DNA of 64,000 nucleotides from Macrostomum lignano (Eukaryota). A program made the translations under genes and the position numbers. Location: NCBI GenBank assembly GCA_002269645.1, contig NIVC01001679.1, forward strand, positions 62,001 to 126,000. The letters run 5' to 3'. Below are positions 1 through 14,800 of this stretch, one piece after another; position 1 is the stretch's first letter; every line of letters begins with the position of its first letter. The notes beneath the pieces are model-generated. The model saw only the letters and a list, made by a program, of their open reading frames with translations. It was not told where the DNA came from and did no database searches.

Positions 1-69
1 ACTTCCTGCTGCTCTCGCTGGTCTGCTACGACTATGACCTGCCCCTGCCGGCCATCGCCTCCGCCATGG
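1..69 (+). CDS. GNPAT: GNPAT exon (partial, runs off the window start)
   Basis: Translates (D)FLLLSLVCYDYDLPLPAIASAM, matching GNPAT [23 protein letters not shown] just after the HxxxxD motif; donor G|GTGAGC at 70. Confidence 0.9.
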
Positions 70-221
70 GTGAGCCTGGGGTGGGCCGAGTTTAGAGGCG
101 TTCTGAGAATCCACTGAGGCTTTTAGAGATATCGAGAGAAGCGTTTGACCTGTTTTGTGATGCAACTGGCGTCTTTACTTTAGCCTTGCATGATACCCCA
201 GTACTCCAGCCAACTCTCCCG

Positions 222-760
222 CTCTCCCTCTCAGCCCTCCACTCTTCCCTCTCACCCTCACACTCTCCTCTCTAACCCTCCCACTCTCCTCTCTCACCCC
301 CAACTCACTCTATCACCCTCCCACTCTCCCCTCTCACCCTCCCACTCTCCCTCTCACCCTCCCACTCTCCCCGCTCTCCCCTCTCACTCTCCCACTCTCC
401 CCGCTCTCCATCTCACCCCCGCTCTCCCCTCTCACCCCCGCTCTCCCCTCTCACCCCCGCTCTCCCCTCTCACCCCCGCTCCCTCCTCTCACCCCCGCTC
501 TCCCCTCTCACCCCCGCTCTCCCCTCTCACCCCCGCTCTCCCCTCTCACCCCCGCTCTCCCCTCTCACCCCCGCTCCCTCCTCTCACCCCCGCTCTCCCC
601 TCTCACCCCGCTCTCCCTCACTCTCCTACTCACCCTATCACCTTCCCACCCTCCCACTCTCCCCTCTCACCCTCCCACTCTCCCCTCTCACCCTCCCACT
701 CTCCCCTCTCACCCTCCCACTCTCCCCTCTTAGCCCTCCGATCTCCCCTTCTCACCCCCA
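222..760. repeat. CT-rich low-complexity repeat (CTCTCACCCC-type)
   Basis: Direct inspection. Confidence 0.9.
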
Positions 761-984
761 CTTTCTCCCTCTCAATTTTCCGGGATGCTTTGACAAACTC
801 TAAACTTCAAAGGCCTTAAGATTACATTTATTACACACTTTCACAAAGCCAAAATGAAATTTGTATGGGAAGTATATTTTGCCTGTGTGATTGAAATGCT
901 TTTAGGAGCAGCTTAAAACAACTCACCTTCCCCCCCCCATTCTCTTGCTCTAATAAAGTCCCGTGTCCCTCGCTTTTATACTAG

Positions 985-1188
985 ACTTCATGGGCATGCA
1001 GCTCATTGGCAGCATCCTGCGCAACTGCGGCGCCTTCTTCATCAGGCGCAGCTTCGCTACAGATAGAGTCTATTGGCTCACCTTTGTTGAATACGTCAAA
1101 ACCCACGTGCGCGACGGCCTGCATCCTGTGGAATTCTTTATCGAAGGCACCCGCAGTCGGACTGGGAAGTCGCTGTACCCCAAGACAG
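985..1188 (+). CDS. GNPAT: GNPAT exon (acyltransferase motifs II-III)
   Basis: Acceptor CTAG|AC; DFMGMQLIGSILRNCGAFFIRRSF...PVEFFIEGTRSRTGKSLYPKT contains the GAFFIRR and FxEGTRSR PlsC-family motifs; donor G|GTAAGT; phases match both neighbours. Confidence 0.95.
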
Positions 1189-1444
1189 GTAAGTTCCGTG
1201 CTCCTGACCCCGTGACCTCAGTTGACCCCTTGACCTCTCTTGACCTCATAACTCCACTTTACCCAATAAGTTCGGTTGATCCGACGACCTCACCTGACCC
1301 CATGACCTCAGTTGATCTATTGACCTCCCATGACCGCACTTTCCTAATGACCTTTGTTGATCCAATGACCCCACTTTACCTCGGACCTGACGAGGCCTTT
1401 CTTGCTTTGACTCGTTGCCTCACCGGATTTCACTGACACCTTTC

Positions 1445-1853
1445 TCCGCCTCCCACTTTCCTTCTCCCCACCTCACTCTCCTCTACCCCTCTCACTCTCC
1501 CTCTCCCCCTCTCACTCTCCCTCTCCCCCTCCCGCTCTCCCTCTCCCCCTCCCGCTTTCCCTCTTCCCCTCCCACTCTCCCTCTCCCCCTCTCACCCTCC
1601 CTCCCCCTCCCGCTCTCCCTCTCCCCCTCTCACTCTCCCTCTCCCCTCCCACCCTCCCTCTCCCCCTCCCACTCTCCCTCTCCCCTCCCACTCTCCCTCT
1701 CCCCCTCTCACTCTTCCTCGCCCTCTCCCACTCTCCCTCTCCCCTTCCACTCTCCCCATCCCACTCTTCCTCTTCATCTCTCCCTCTCCCTCTCACTCTC
1801 CCTCTCTCTCTCTCACTCTCCCTCTCCCCCTCTCACCCTCCCTCTCCCCCTCT
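1445..1853. repeat. CT-rich low-complexity repeat
   Basis: Direct inspection. Confidence 0.9.
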
Positions 1854-2779
1854 AACACGGTGGCCTGGTAGTGACCTCATTAACATGTTAAAGTATATTT
1901 TTTAAAACTAATTACTTGGTTCTGCTAGTCTTTTATTGATGCGCAAATTCTTAGCTTAATTTCTATAGGTACTACTGGTCGTTTGTAGTAGCATAGCAGG
2001 ACAGTAATTCAAATACGTTTCAACGAATTTTTGGGCCCAATTTCAAGACAATCTATTTCACGGTTGAAGAAGTGACCATGAATTGTAATAAAGAATAATT
2101 TCAACACCTTCGTAGAAAATTGTGATTTTTCGTTACATTTTAACCGACTCTTTTATTAAAGTAGGAAAACTTTTAAATTTTTGCAACATCTCAGCCTGGC
2201 GCACGTCGCCCAGGCCTCAAATTGCTGTGAAATTTGCAGAGTAAAAATCTACCGTGGTCTTGTAGGTTGGCTCTTCTTTTGCTTATTATGATAATTATTA
2301 TAGCGATCATAAAGTGGCCAACAGAACCAACTCGAGGCAGGTTTTTTAGTTGCTATGCGGGGACATCCTGTCCCTGTGCTGTGTGTCGAGCTGAAGATTC
2401 CAGTTGAGTTGAGGTGCTACCCTCCACTCCCTCCCTTGTTGTTGGCGGTTGGGTGGCCTTTGGTCTGGGGAGCCGTCCGTGTCTCAGTCTGTTCTCCAAT
2501 TCTCAACTCTAAGTGTTGCGCCTGAGTGTGAAGAAGCATGGCATGGCCCAGTTTCCCAGCCAGCATCAAATCGCTAAGTCTGAAAGGTTGCTAACCTGCT
2601 CGCGCGTGTTTTCTCAGCCAGTGGGGTCTGCGTCTGTCTGTCTGCCGTCTTGTCCGGTCTTTTGCTTTTATGCATAATAATAATCATATTTAATATTTGG
2701 GCACATTTACAACTCACGGTATTTATGACTTATGACTGTTCAGGAGCAGTCCAGGAGTTAGAGAGTAGGCAGGAATGGG

Positions 2780-2803
2780 ATCTATCTATCTATCTATCTA
2801 TCC

Positions 2804-2846
<43 letters not shown>

Positions 2847-2867
2847 CATCTATCTATCTATCTATCC

Positions 2868-2898
<31 letters not shown>

Positions 2899-2967
2899 CA
2901 TCTATCTATCTATCTATCTATCCATCTATCTATCTATCCATCTATCTATCCATCTATCTATCTATCC

Positions 2968-3054
<87 letters not shown>

Positions 3055-3055
3055 C

Positions 3056-3103
<48 letters not shown>

Positions 3104-3167
3104 GTCTATCTGTCTACCTATCTATCTATCTATCCATCTATCTATCTATCTATCCATCTATCTATCC

Positions 3168-3243
<76 letters not shown>

Positions 3244-3315
3244 GTCTATCTGTCTACCTATCTATCTATCTATCTATCTATCTACCCATCTATCTATCTA
3301 TCTATCTATCTACCC

Positions 3316-3412
<97 letters not shown>
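2780..3412. repeat. (TCTA)n microsatellite
   Basis: Direct inspection. Confidence 0.97.
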
Positions 3413-3413
<1 letters not shown>

Positions 3414-4299
3414 TACACTTTAATTTTTCGTTCTTGGCCATATGATCATTTTTCAAGTTTTAGGCTGTTAAAAAAAATATGAAACAAGCCGAATACGTTC
3501 AAGCTTAGAAAAAATAATATCTGCAAGCCAGATAGAAGTCTAGTTTGCAGTCCGGCCCTGCTGCTCTTATAGAGAACAATTTACCGAAATGTATGAAACG
3601 ACAGAAGCTCAACATGACCAATAGAGCGACATTATGAGAGCCCAGTGAATATAGCTTGAGACGAGAGAGAGTCGGGGAATTTGAAATTTGACACAGCTGC
3701 TGTTGCAAGTGGAAATTGAAAAAGAAACAATAAGTGCTCGCATCAGGTGTTCCGGGGCTCTCCCTCACCTCCCTCTCTCACCGTGTCTTTTTCTGCGCTC
3801 AGTTTTTGTTTCGGCGGTTTTGATCGGAATTGGTTTCCATAGAATTTAGTATATCCTATAATTCAAACCGAAGGAAGTAACGACAGGTTTTTCTAAGAAT
3901 CTCAAAGCAATGAAAGTTGAACTGCTCTGAAAATATGTTTTAGATATGGCAAGAAGAAGGAGAGAGAGAGAGAGAGAGAGAGAGCGGGGGATCTGTTGAA
4001 GTGAGCATTTTCGTTATAAACTGGCGTATATTATTATAACTGAGAAGTGAGGAGTTCCCGGCCTCACACACAATGCTCTGCTCAATTGCAGCTGTCCGGG
4101 GGTTCTCCGCTACAAGTGGGCAGCGGTAGTGCTCGTGCGGGCGAGGGTTAGCCGCTCTAAGGAGGTGTTGAAACAGCGTTTTCGGCTGTAAATCCGCAAT
4201 AGCTTCTCTCTGTGTCTCTTTGGCATGTATCCATTTCTGCAGTTTTGTTGCGATGCGGCCTATAGCCAGATGGGATTGACAGCTCTGCACCCCAGCTTT

Positions 4300-4920
4300 C
4301 ACACTTCTTGTCACTCCGCTATTCACTCTCCTTGTCACTCTACCTGTCACTCTCCTTGTCACTCCGCTATTCACTCTCCTTGTCACACCGCTATTCACTC
4401 TCCTTGTCACTCTCCTTGTCACTCTCCTCGTCACTCCAGCTTTCACTCTCCTTGTCGCTCTCCTCGTCACTCTAGCTTTCACTCTCCTTGTCACTCTAGC
4501 CGTCACTCTAGCTTTCACTCTCCTTGTCACTCTAGCCGTCACTCTCCTTGTCACTCTTCTTGTCACTCTCCTTGTCACTCTAGTTTTCACTCTCTTTGTC
4601 ACTCTAGTTTTCACTCTCCTTGTCACTCTTCTTGTCACTCTCCTTGTCACTCTAGCTGTCACTCTCTTTGTCACTCTAGTTTTCACTCTCTTTGTCACTC
4701 TAGCTTTCACTCTCCTTGTCACTCTCCTTGTCACTCTCTTTGTCACTCTAGTTTTCACTCTCTTTGTCACTCTAGCTTTCACTCTCCTTGTCACTCTAGC
4801 TGTCACTCTCCTTGTCACTCTAGCTGTCACTCTAGCTGTCACTCTCCTTGTCACTCTCCTTGTCACTCTAGTTTTCACTCTCCTTGTCACTCTAGCTTTC
4901 ACTCTCCTTGTCACTCACTC
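4300..4920. repeat. 12-bp minisatellite (TCACTCTCCTTG)
   Basis: 4-aa periodic translation. Confidence 0.92.
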
Positions 4921-5451
4921 TCTCTATTAGCTTTAAAACGAAAGCAAGTTTTTAACCGTCTGCAAAAGTAAAACGAAAAAAAGACAGAAGAACCTGCCAG
5001 CCTACAGCTGTCTGAAAAAAAACAGTTTTTGCAATTCCTAACTGCCACTTTGCATGCTTATTATAATCCTAAGTGTAGCGCTCCGTATTTAATATTATAT
5101 CGTCGTGGCTGCTCATACTTGAAATTATAACATTACAGAAATGCAAGTGTGAGAAATTTTTCTAATGCAGCTGGTTTCTCTCTCTGCGTTTGCTTTGAAT
5201 ATCTTAGTTAGCCATTCTGCAAGTCTATTATACTGGCTATGATCTCGTATTCTGGCTCTGAGGTGTTGGGGGGGGGGTGTTTGTGTCATTTGTGTTAGTT
5301 TGCGGGCGATACTTATAAGATCCGTATATTATTATAACACTTGTTTGGGCGATTCATGCGCTGCGACCACGTTGCAGTGCGTTTTTAGCGGCTTGGGATC
5401 TGCTATATCTGAAATTTTTCTAGGTGCTATAATATACATGTAGGGTTTTGT

Positions 5452-6620
5452 AATATAAGGTTCTGTAAGGGTTCTGTAATCTAGGGTTCTGTATGGGTTC
5501 TGTAATCTAGGGGGTTCTGTATTCTAGGGTTCTGAAATCCAGGGGGTTCTGTATTCTAGGGTTCTAAAATCCAGGGGGTTCTGTATTCTAGGCTTCAGTA
5601 ATCTAGGGGGTTCTGTATTCTAGGGTTCTGAAATCCAGGGGGTTCTGTATTCTAGGGTTCTAAAATCCAGGGGGTTCTGTATTCTAGGCTTCAGTAATCT
5701 AGGGGGTTCTGTATTCTAGGGTTCTGAAATCCAGGGGCTTCTGTATTCTAGGGTTCTGTAATCCAGGGGGTTCTGTATTCTAGGGTTCTGTAATCCAGGG
5801 GGTTCTGTATTCTAGGGTTCTAAAATCCAGGGGGTTCTGTATTCTAGGCTTCAGTAATCTAGGGGGTTCTGTATTCTAGGGTTCTGAAATCCAGGGGGTT
5901 CTGTATTCTAGGGTTCTGTAATCCAGGGGGTTCTGTATTCTAGGGTTCTGTAATCCAGGGGGTTCTGTATTCTAGGGTTCTGAAATCCAGGGGGTTCTGT
6001 AATCTAGGGTTCTGTAATCCAGGGGGTTCTGTATTCTAGGGTTCTGTAATCCAGGGGGTTCTGTATTCTAGGGTTCTGAAATCCAGGGGGTTCTGTATTC
6101 TAGGGTTCTGTAATCCAGGGGGTTCTGTATTCTAGGGTTCTGAAATCCAGGGGGTTCTGTAATCTAGGGGGTTCTGTATTCTAGGGTTCTGTAATGTAGG
6201 GGGTTCTGTATTCTAGGGTTCTGTAATGTAGGGGGTTCTGTATTCTAGGGTTCTAAAATCCAGGGGGTTCTGTATTCAAGGGTTCTGTAATGTAGGGGGT
6301 TCTGTATTCTAGGGTTCTGAAATCCAGGGGGTTCTGTAATCTAGGGGGTTCTGTATTCTAGGGTTCTGTAATGTAGGGGTTCTGTATTCTAGGGTTCTGT
6401 AATGTAGGGGGTTCTGTATTCTAGGGTTCTGAAATCCAGGGGGTTCTGTATTCTAGGCTTCTGTAATCCAGGGGGTTCTGTATTCTAGGGTTCTGAAATC
6501 CAGGGGGTTCTGTAATCTAGGGGGTTCTGTATTCTAGGGTTCTGTAATGTAGGGTTCTGTAATCTATGGTTCTGTATTCTAGGGTTCTGTATTCTAGGGT
6601 AGGGGTTCTGTAATCCAAGA
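5452..6620. repeat. 15/17-bp alternating minisatellite (GGGTTCTGTATTCTA / GGGTTCTGAAATCCAGG)
   Basis: Direct inspection. Confidence 0.92.
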
Positions 6621-7469
6621 TCTTCAACCTACAATCGCTAATCTAGGATCTCTAATCTAGCATTTCCGATCTTGGATGTTTAATCTAGGATTTTTGCTAT
6701 AGGATCTCTAGTCTAGGATCTCTAATCTAGCGTCTCTAATCTTGGAACTTATGGGAACTAAGCTCAGTATTTCTCTTCTCTTCACCCATCCTATGACTAA
6801 TTATTGGCAAATAGTTAATATTCCTGTAGCAATGTCACCCGCAAAGCAAGAACTGGTGCACTTGTACTCAACTTTAGACAGACTCATATGAATAAGTTTT
6901 GTTATAACAGCAGACAAATTCTATAATTGGAAATAATTAAGATTTCATTGAATCTGTAATAATTGCTGTCTAAATCCTTCATTGGGTCGGTTTCATCTTG
7001 GTTGTTAAATTTAGCGATGCCATATATTATAATATATATTTTGATTGTGCTGTGATGATTAGATGGGAAAAATAGTGTTAATTAAAGAGCTTTGCCGACA
7101 AACTATAGAACTAGTGCTAAAAGTGAATTATTAATTAGATTGAGGTGTGCACGTGTTTTGCTCTCGGAGTAACGCAGCATTATTTCTCTGGGTTTGTTGC
7201 CGCTGCTGTTAAGCCTAAAAAGCAATTTCTTTACGAATCCCTCACTCACAAGCTGCAAAGCCGCTCTACCAGCTGAGGGTTCTTCATCAACTAGCTAAAT
7301 TGCAGGTGTTGAATTACAAACACTCAATGCCGACACTTAATAATGTAGAGAGGATTTTCTACAGCCATTTCTCTAGTCCAATTTTGCCATCTTCTTTCAA
7401 GCTCATTTTTGTTTCCTGAAATTCACGATACTGACAATTTATAGTTTATCCAACATTGAGAGAGTCATT

Positions 7470-9112
7470 GAAGTGAGAGTCTGGTCATTGGGAGTCTGGT
7501 CATTGGGAGTCAGGTCATTGGGAGTCTGGTCATTGCGAGACTGGTCATTGGGAGTCAGGTCATTTGAGAGTTTGGTCATTTGAGAGTCTGGTCATTTGAG
7601 AGTCTGATCATTTGAGAGTCTGTTCATTGAGAGTCAGGTCATTGAGAGTCTGGTCATTTGAGAGTCTGGTCATTTGAGAGTCTGGTCATTGGGAGTCTGG
7701 TCATTGAGAGTCTGGTCATTTGAGAGTCTGGTCATTTGAGAGTCTGGTCATTGGGAGTCAGGTCATTGGGAGTCTGGTCATTTGAGAGTCTGGTCATTTG
7801 AGAGTCTGATCATTTGAGAGTCTAGTCATTGGAAGTTAGGTCATTTGAGAGTCTGGTCATTTGAGAATCTGGTCATTTGAGAGTCTGGTCATTTGAGAGT
7901 CTGGTCATTTGAGAGTCTGGTCATTGGGAGTCAGGTCATTGGGAGTCAGGTCATTGGGAGTCAGGTCATTTGAGAGTCTGGTCATTTGAGAGTCTGGTCA
8001 TTTGAGAGTCTGGTCATTGAGAGTCTGGTCATTTGAGAGTCTGGTCATTGGGAGTCAGGTAATTTGAGAGTCTGGTCATTTGAGAGTCTGGTCATTGGAA
8101 GTTAGGTCATTTGAGAGTCTGATCATTTGAGAATCTGGTCATTTGAGAGTCTGGTCATTGGAAGTCAGGTTATTTGAGAATCTGGTCATTTGAGAGTCTG
8201 GTCATTGAGAGTCTGGTCATTTGAGAGTCTGGTCATTGGGAGTCAGGTAATTTGAGAGTCTGGTCGTTTGAGAGTCTGGTCATTTGAGAATCTGGTCATT
8301 TGAGAGTCTGGTCATTGGAAGTTAGGTCATTTGAGAGTCTGGTCATTGGAAGTTAGGTCATTTGAGAGTCTGGTCATTGGAAGTTAGGTCATTTGAGAGT
8401 CTGGTCATTGGAAGTTAGGTCATTTGAGAGTCTGGTCATTGGAAGTTAGGTCATTTGAGAGTCTGGTCATTGGAAGTTAGGTCATTTGAGAGTCTGGTCA
8501 TTGGAAGTTAGGTCATTTGAGAGTCTGGTCATTTGAGAATCTGGTCATTTGAGAGTCTGATCATTGGAAGTTAGGTCATTTGAGAGTCTGGTCATTTGAG
8601 AGTCTGGTCATTTGAGAGTCTGGTCATTGGAAGTTAGGTCATTTGAGAGTCTGGTTATTTGAGAGTCTGGTCATTTGAGAGTCTGGTCATTTGAGAATCT
8701 GGTCATTGGGAGTCTGGTCATTTATGAATCTGGTCATTTGAGAGTCTGGTCATTTGAGAGTCTGGTCATTGGGAGTCTGGTCATTGAGAGTCGTGTCATT
8801 GGGAGTCTGGTCATTTGAGAGTCTGGTCATTGGGAGTCTGGTAATTGAGAGTCTGGTCATTTGAGAGTCAGGTCATTGGGAGTCTGGTCATTGAGAGTCT
8901 GGTCATTTGAGAGTCTGGTCATTTGAGAGTCAGGTCATTGGGAGTCTGGTCATTGAGAGTCTGGTCATTTGAGAGTCTGGTCATTTGAGAGTCAGGTCAT
9001 TGGGAGTCTGGTCATTGAGAGTCTGGTCATTTGAGAGTCTGGTCATTTGAGAGTCTGGTCATTTGAGAGTCAGGTAATTGGGAGTCAGGTCATTTGAGAG
9101 TCTGGTCATTGG
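7470..9112. repeat. 15-16-bp minisatellite (GTCTGGTCATTTGAGA)
   Basis: Direct inspection. Confidence 0.95.
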
Positions 9113-9897
9113 GTGTTTATTGGAGTCTAGTAGCTAGTAACTAACTCGCAACGCTTAACAAACATCAACAAACAGACTGCCAGAATCCCATTGTCACTGG
9201 CACAATATAATTATACTCATAATCCTTACTTTCTGATTGCTTAGTCATCCGTGTCAAGCCTTTCTGACACTCTCTTTCATTTGTATATAGCAGATTGATT
9301 TCAGTAATTGAGACAAGAGGTGGAATCCTCTTGTTTTTGTTGCTTACAGCGCTGTTAGGGCTGACCCACTAGCACAGGTAATAAAGGGATCTCATCTTCA
9401 TTTACAGTCGATGCATATTTCATTTCTTGCCACTATGATAGTTTAGCTATACTCTCTAAGCTGAAAAAACACTCACACAAAGTATGCAATGCAGAAAATT
9501 GCTGACACACACATGAGCTCACATTTGGCATGGCAATTGAGGCTTGGGACAGAGAGTTGTTGGCCACTCACTCCCTCTATGCACCCGCACCTCCCGCGCC
9601 TCTCGTTCCCCCACCCTGCAGCCCAGCGGCCACCCGTTTTTAACCAAACTAATATAATAGTCCCTGGTTTATGGCGCCCGACTGTCTGCTGGAGTTTCCA
9701 AGACTTGACTGCGATGCCCTCCTCCCGCTGCCTTCATTCATTCATTTCCAGTTCACGCTGTATTTTGTCCTCTCTGCTCTAGCCCCCTCTCTCTGCAGCT
9801 CTTCATTTTGACAAGTGGAGCTTATTTATATATATACATATATAGCTACTGCTAAAGGCTGTAGTGTCGCGATTAAACGGCCAAGTAAATTTCAGTT

Positions 9898-10006
<109 letters not shown>

Positions 10007-10329
10007 AGCTGTGACTATGCAGCATGCATAGGCATTTTTATAGTGTAGTCTTCTAAACCCGCTGGAGTTAAGCTTTAAGCCCGCTGATGGTAATTTTCTC
10101 GCATTGTGCGTTTGGGATTGCTAGTACCGCTCCTTGCCCAACTTGGCTTTTCCCATGCAACTCTCTCGCGCACTGGTATTAATAACCATATAAAAATAAT
10201 AACATTTGTTTTTATGAATCATCCGAGTGTGATTGAGACGAGTGAATGCTAGGGATTTGAGGGTTCGGGATTGAATTTCTGGCCAAGCTGTCATTGATGA
10301 TTTTAGCTTGTGTAATGACTGCTTCTGGT

Positions 10330-11170
10330 GGCTGACCTGAGTCAAAGATGGTGGCTGACCTGAGTCAAAGATGGTGGCTGACCTGAGTCAAAGATGGTGG
10401 CTGACCTGAGTCAAAGATGGTGGCTGACCTGAGTCAAAGATGATAGATGAACTGAACCAAAGATGGTGGCTGACCTGAGTCAAAGATGGTGGCTGACCTG
10501 AGTCAAAGATGGTGGCTGACCTGAGTCAAAGATGGTGACTGACCTGAGTCAAAGATGATAGATGAACTGAGTCAAAGATGGTGGCTGACCTGAGTCAAAG
10601 ATGGTGACTGACCTGAGTCAAAGATGATAGATGAACTGAGTCAAAGATGGTGGCTGACCTGAGTCAAAGATGGTGGCTGACCTGAGTCAAAGATGGTGGC
10701 TGACCTGAGTCAAAGATGGTGACTGACCTGAGTCAAAGATGATAGATGAACTGAGTCAAAGATGGTGGCTGAACTGAGTCAAAGATGGTGGCTGAACTGA
10801 GTCAAAGATGATAGATGAACTGAGTCAAAGATGGTGGCTGAACTGAGTCAAAGATGGTGGCTGAACTGAGTCAAAGATGATAGATGAACTGAACCAAAGA
10901 TGGTGACTGACCTGAGTCAAAGATGATAGATGAACTGAGTCAAAGATGGTGGCTGAACTGAGTCAAAGATGGTGGCTGACCTGAGTCAAAGATGATAGAT
11001 GAACTGAGTCAAAGATGGTGGCTGACCTGAGTCAAAGATGATAGATGAACTGAGTCAAAGATGGTGGCTGACCTGAATCAAAGATGGTGGCTGACCTGAG
11101 TCAAAGATGGTGGCTGACCTGAGTCAAAGATGGTAGATGAACTAAACCAAAGATGGTGGCTGAAGTTAGT
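10330..11170. repeat. 23-bp minisatellite (GATGGTGGCTGACCTGAGTCAAA)
   Basis: Direct inspection. Confidence 0.95.
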
Positions 11171-11494
11171 CAAACATTGCGGATGAAGATAAGTGAAGTG
11201 TGTGACGCAAAACTTGTCAGTGGGATGATTCGAAATCAAATGCTGATTAAAAAGAACTGCATTAGTTAAGTTCCTATTGTCTCAGTCTCATCCAGCTCTG
11301 TAAAAAAATCAATCAAACAGTAAATTGAGCAAGTTTAAAGCAGAACCGGAATCAATATGTATATATAAATATATATAGGCCCGCTTGGCACTTCATGTTT
11401 GCAAATAAAGTAGGAAAAAACGTAGAGAGACACAGTAAACACAGAGGAAATTGGGTCGAATTCTAAAACTCATTTCTTTTTAGGCATAGTTAGC

Positions 11495-11594
<100 letters not shown>

Positions 11595-11892
11595 TTAAGT
11601 GGCTGCTTGGGTTCCTGTTGAATTGTCAGGTAGGTTGGTTGGCTGGTGTCGACTTACCCACTTGTGCTGAAGTCGATTCTGCCAACTGAGTGAGTCTATA
11701 ACCAGTTCAAACAAAAAAGTTATTTACCGTATCACCACCAGCTTATGTAGAGTTTGGGAAGCGAAGTCAGCTGGTGGTAGAGGGAAGAGAGACTCATTGA
11801 TCGAATAGGAACTGTGTATTTATTTTGGAAATCGAAAGAAAAGCTTCTACATGTATCTAAACCTTTGTTATCTGCTGGTGGTTAGTTGGTGG

Positions 11893-14800
11893 TGGAATCC
11901 CATTCCCCTGATATTCAGGAATCCCATTTCCCTGATATTCAGGAATCCCATTCCTCTGAGATTCTGGAATCCCATTTCCCTGATATTCAGGAATCCCATT
12001 CCTCTGAGATTCAGGAATCCCATTCCCCTGAGATTCAGGAATCCCATTCCACTGAGATTCAGGAATCCCATTCTTCTGAGATTCAGGAATCCTATTCCCC
12101 TGAGATTCAGGAATCCCATTTTCCTGAGATTCAGGAATCCCATTCCCCTGAGATTCAGGAATCCCATTCCCCTGAGATTCAGGAATCCCATTCCCCTGAG
12201 ATTCAGGAATCCCATTCCTCTGAGATTCAGGAATCCCATTCCCCTGATATTCAGGAATCCCATTCCTCTGAGATTCAGGAATCCTATTCCTCTGAGATTC
12301 AGGAATCCCATTTCCCTGATATTTAGGAATCCCATTCCCCTGAGATTCAGGAATCCCATTCCTCTGAGATTCAGGAATCCCATTCCCCTGATATTCAGGA
12401 ATCCCATTTCCCTGATATTCAGAAATCCCATTCCTCTGAGATTCTGGAATCCCATTTCCCTGATATTCAGGAATCCCATTCCTCTGAGATTCAGGAATCC
12501 CATTCCCCTGAGATTCAGGAATCCCATTCCACTGAGATTCAGGAATCCCATTCTTCTGAGATTCAGGAATCCTATTCCCCTGAGATTCAGGAATCCCATT
12601 TTCCTGAGATTCAGGAATCCCATTCCCCTGAGATTCAGGAATCCCATTCCCCTGAGATTCAGGAATCCCATTCCTCTGAGATTCTGGAATCCCATTTCCC
12701 TGATATTCAGGAATCCCATTCCCCTGAGATTCAGGAATCCCATTCCACTGAGATTCAGGAATCCCATTCTTCTGAGATTCAGGAATCCCATTCCCCTGAG
12801 ATTCAGGAATCTCATTCCCCTGAGATTCAGGAATCCCATTCCCCTGAGATTCAGGAATCCCATTCCTCTGAGATTCAGGAATCCCATTCCCCTGATATTC
12901 AGGAATCCCATTCCTCTGAGATTCAGGAATCCTATTCCTCTGAGATTCAGGAATCCCATTTCCCTGATATTTAGGAATCCCATTCCCCTGAGATTCAGGA
13001 ATCCCATTCCTCTGAGATTCAGGAATCCCATTCCCCTGATATTCAGGAATCCCATTCCTCTGAGATTCAGGAATCCTATTCCTCTGAGATTCAGGAATCC
13101 CATTTCCCTGATATTTAGGAATCCCATTCCTCTGAGATTCAGGAATCCCATTCCTCTGAGATTCTGGAATCCCATTTCCCTGATATTCAGGAATCCCATT
13201 CCTCTGAGATTCAGGAATCCCATTCCCCTGAGATTCAGGAATCCCATTCCCCTGAGATTCAGGAATCCCATTCTTCTGAGATTCAGGAATCCCATTCCCC
13301 TGATATTCAGGAATCCCATTCCCCTGAGATTCAGGAATCCCATTCCCCTGAGATTCAGGAATCCCATTCCACTGAGATTCAGGAATCCCATTCCCCTGAG
13401 ATTCAGGAATCCCATTCCTCTGAGATTCAGGAATCCCATTCCCCTGATATTCAGGAATCCCATTCCTCTGAGATTCAGGAATCCCATTCCTCTGAGATTC
13501 TGGAATCCCATTTCCCTGATATTCAGGAATCCCATTCCCCTGAGATTCAGGAATCCCATTCCACTGAGATTCAGGAATCCCATTCTTCTGAGATTCAGGA
13601 ATCCCATTCCCCTGAGATTCAGGAATCCCATTCCCCTTAGATTCAGGAATCCCATTCCCCTGAGATTCAGGAATCCCATTCCTCTGAGATTCAGGAATTC
13701 CATTCCCCTGAGATTCAGGAATCCCATTCCTCTGAGATTCAGGAATCCCATTCCTCTGAGATTCAGGAATCCTATTCCCCTGAGATTCAGGAATCCCATT
13801 CCTCTGAGATTCAGGAATCCCATTCCTCTGAGATTCAGGAATCCCATTCCCCTGAGATTCAGGAATCCCATTCCTCTGAGATTCAGGAATCCCATTCCCC
13901 TGAGATTCAGGAATCCCATTCCTCTGAGATTCAGGAATCCCATTCCTCTGAGATTCAGGAATCCCATTCCCCTGAGATTCAGGAATCCTATTCCCCTGAT
14001 ATTCAGGAATCCCATTCCTCTGAGATTCAGGAATCACATTTCCCTGATATTTAGGAATCCCATTCCCCTGATATTCAGGAATCCCATTCCTCTGAGATTC
14101 AGGAATCCCATTCCTCTGAGATTCAGGAATCCCATTCCTCTGAGATTCAGGAATCCCATTCCTCTGAGATTCAGGAATCCCATTCCTCTGAGATTCAGGA
14201 ATCCCATTTCCCTGATATTTAGGAATCCCATTCCTCTGAGATTCAGGAATCCCATTCCTCTGAGATTCTGGAATCCCATTTCCCTGATATTCAGGAATCC
14301 CATTCCTCTGAGATTCAGGAATCCCATTCCCCTGAGATTCAGGAATCCCATTCCCCTGAGATTCAGGAATCCCATTCTTCTGAGATTCAGGAATCCCATT
14401 CCCCTGATATTCAGGAATCCCATTCCCCTGAGATTCAGGAATCCCATTCCCCTGAGATTCAGGAATCCCATTCCACTGAGATTCAGGAATCCCATTCCCC
14501 TGAGATTCAGGAATCCCATTCCTCTGAGATTCAGGAATCCCATTCCCCTGATATTCAGGAATCCCATTCCTCTGAGATTCAGGAATCCCATTCCTCTGAG
14601 ATTCTGGAATCCCATTTCCCTGATATTCAGGAATCCCATTCCCCTGAGATTCAGGAATCCCATTCCACTGAGATTCAGGAATCCCATTCTTCTGAGATTC
14701 AGGAATCCCATTCCCCTGAGATTCAGGAATCCCATTCCCCTGAGATTCAGGAATCCCATTCCCCTGAGATTCAGGAATCCCATTCCCCTGAGATTCAGGA

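Noticed and set aside
5452-6620. Interstitial telomeric repeat
   Set aside because: TAGGG occurs inside a 15/17-bp unit; there are no tandem TTAGGG hexamers.
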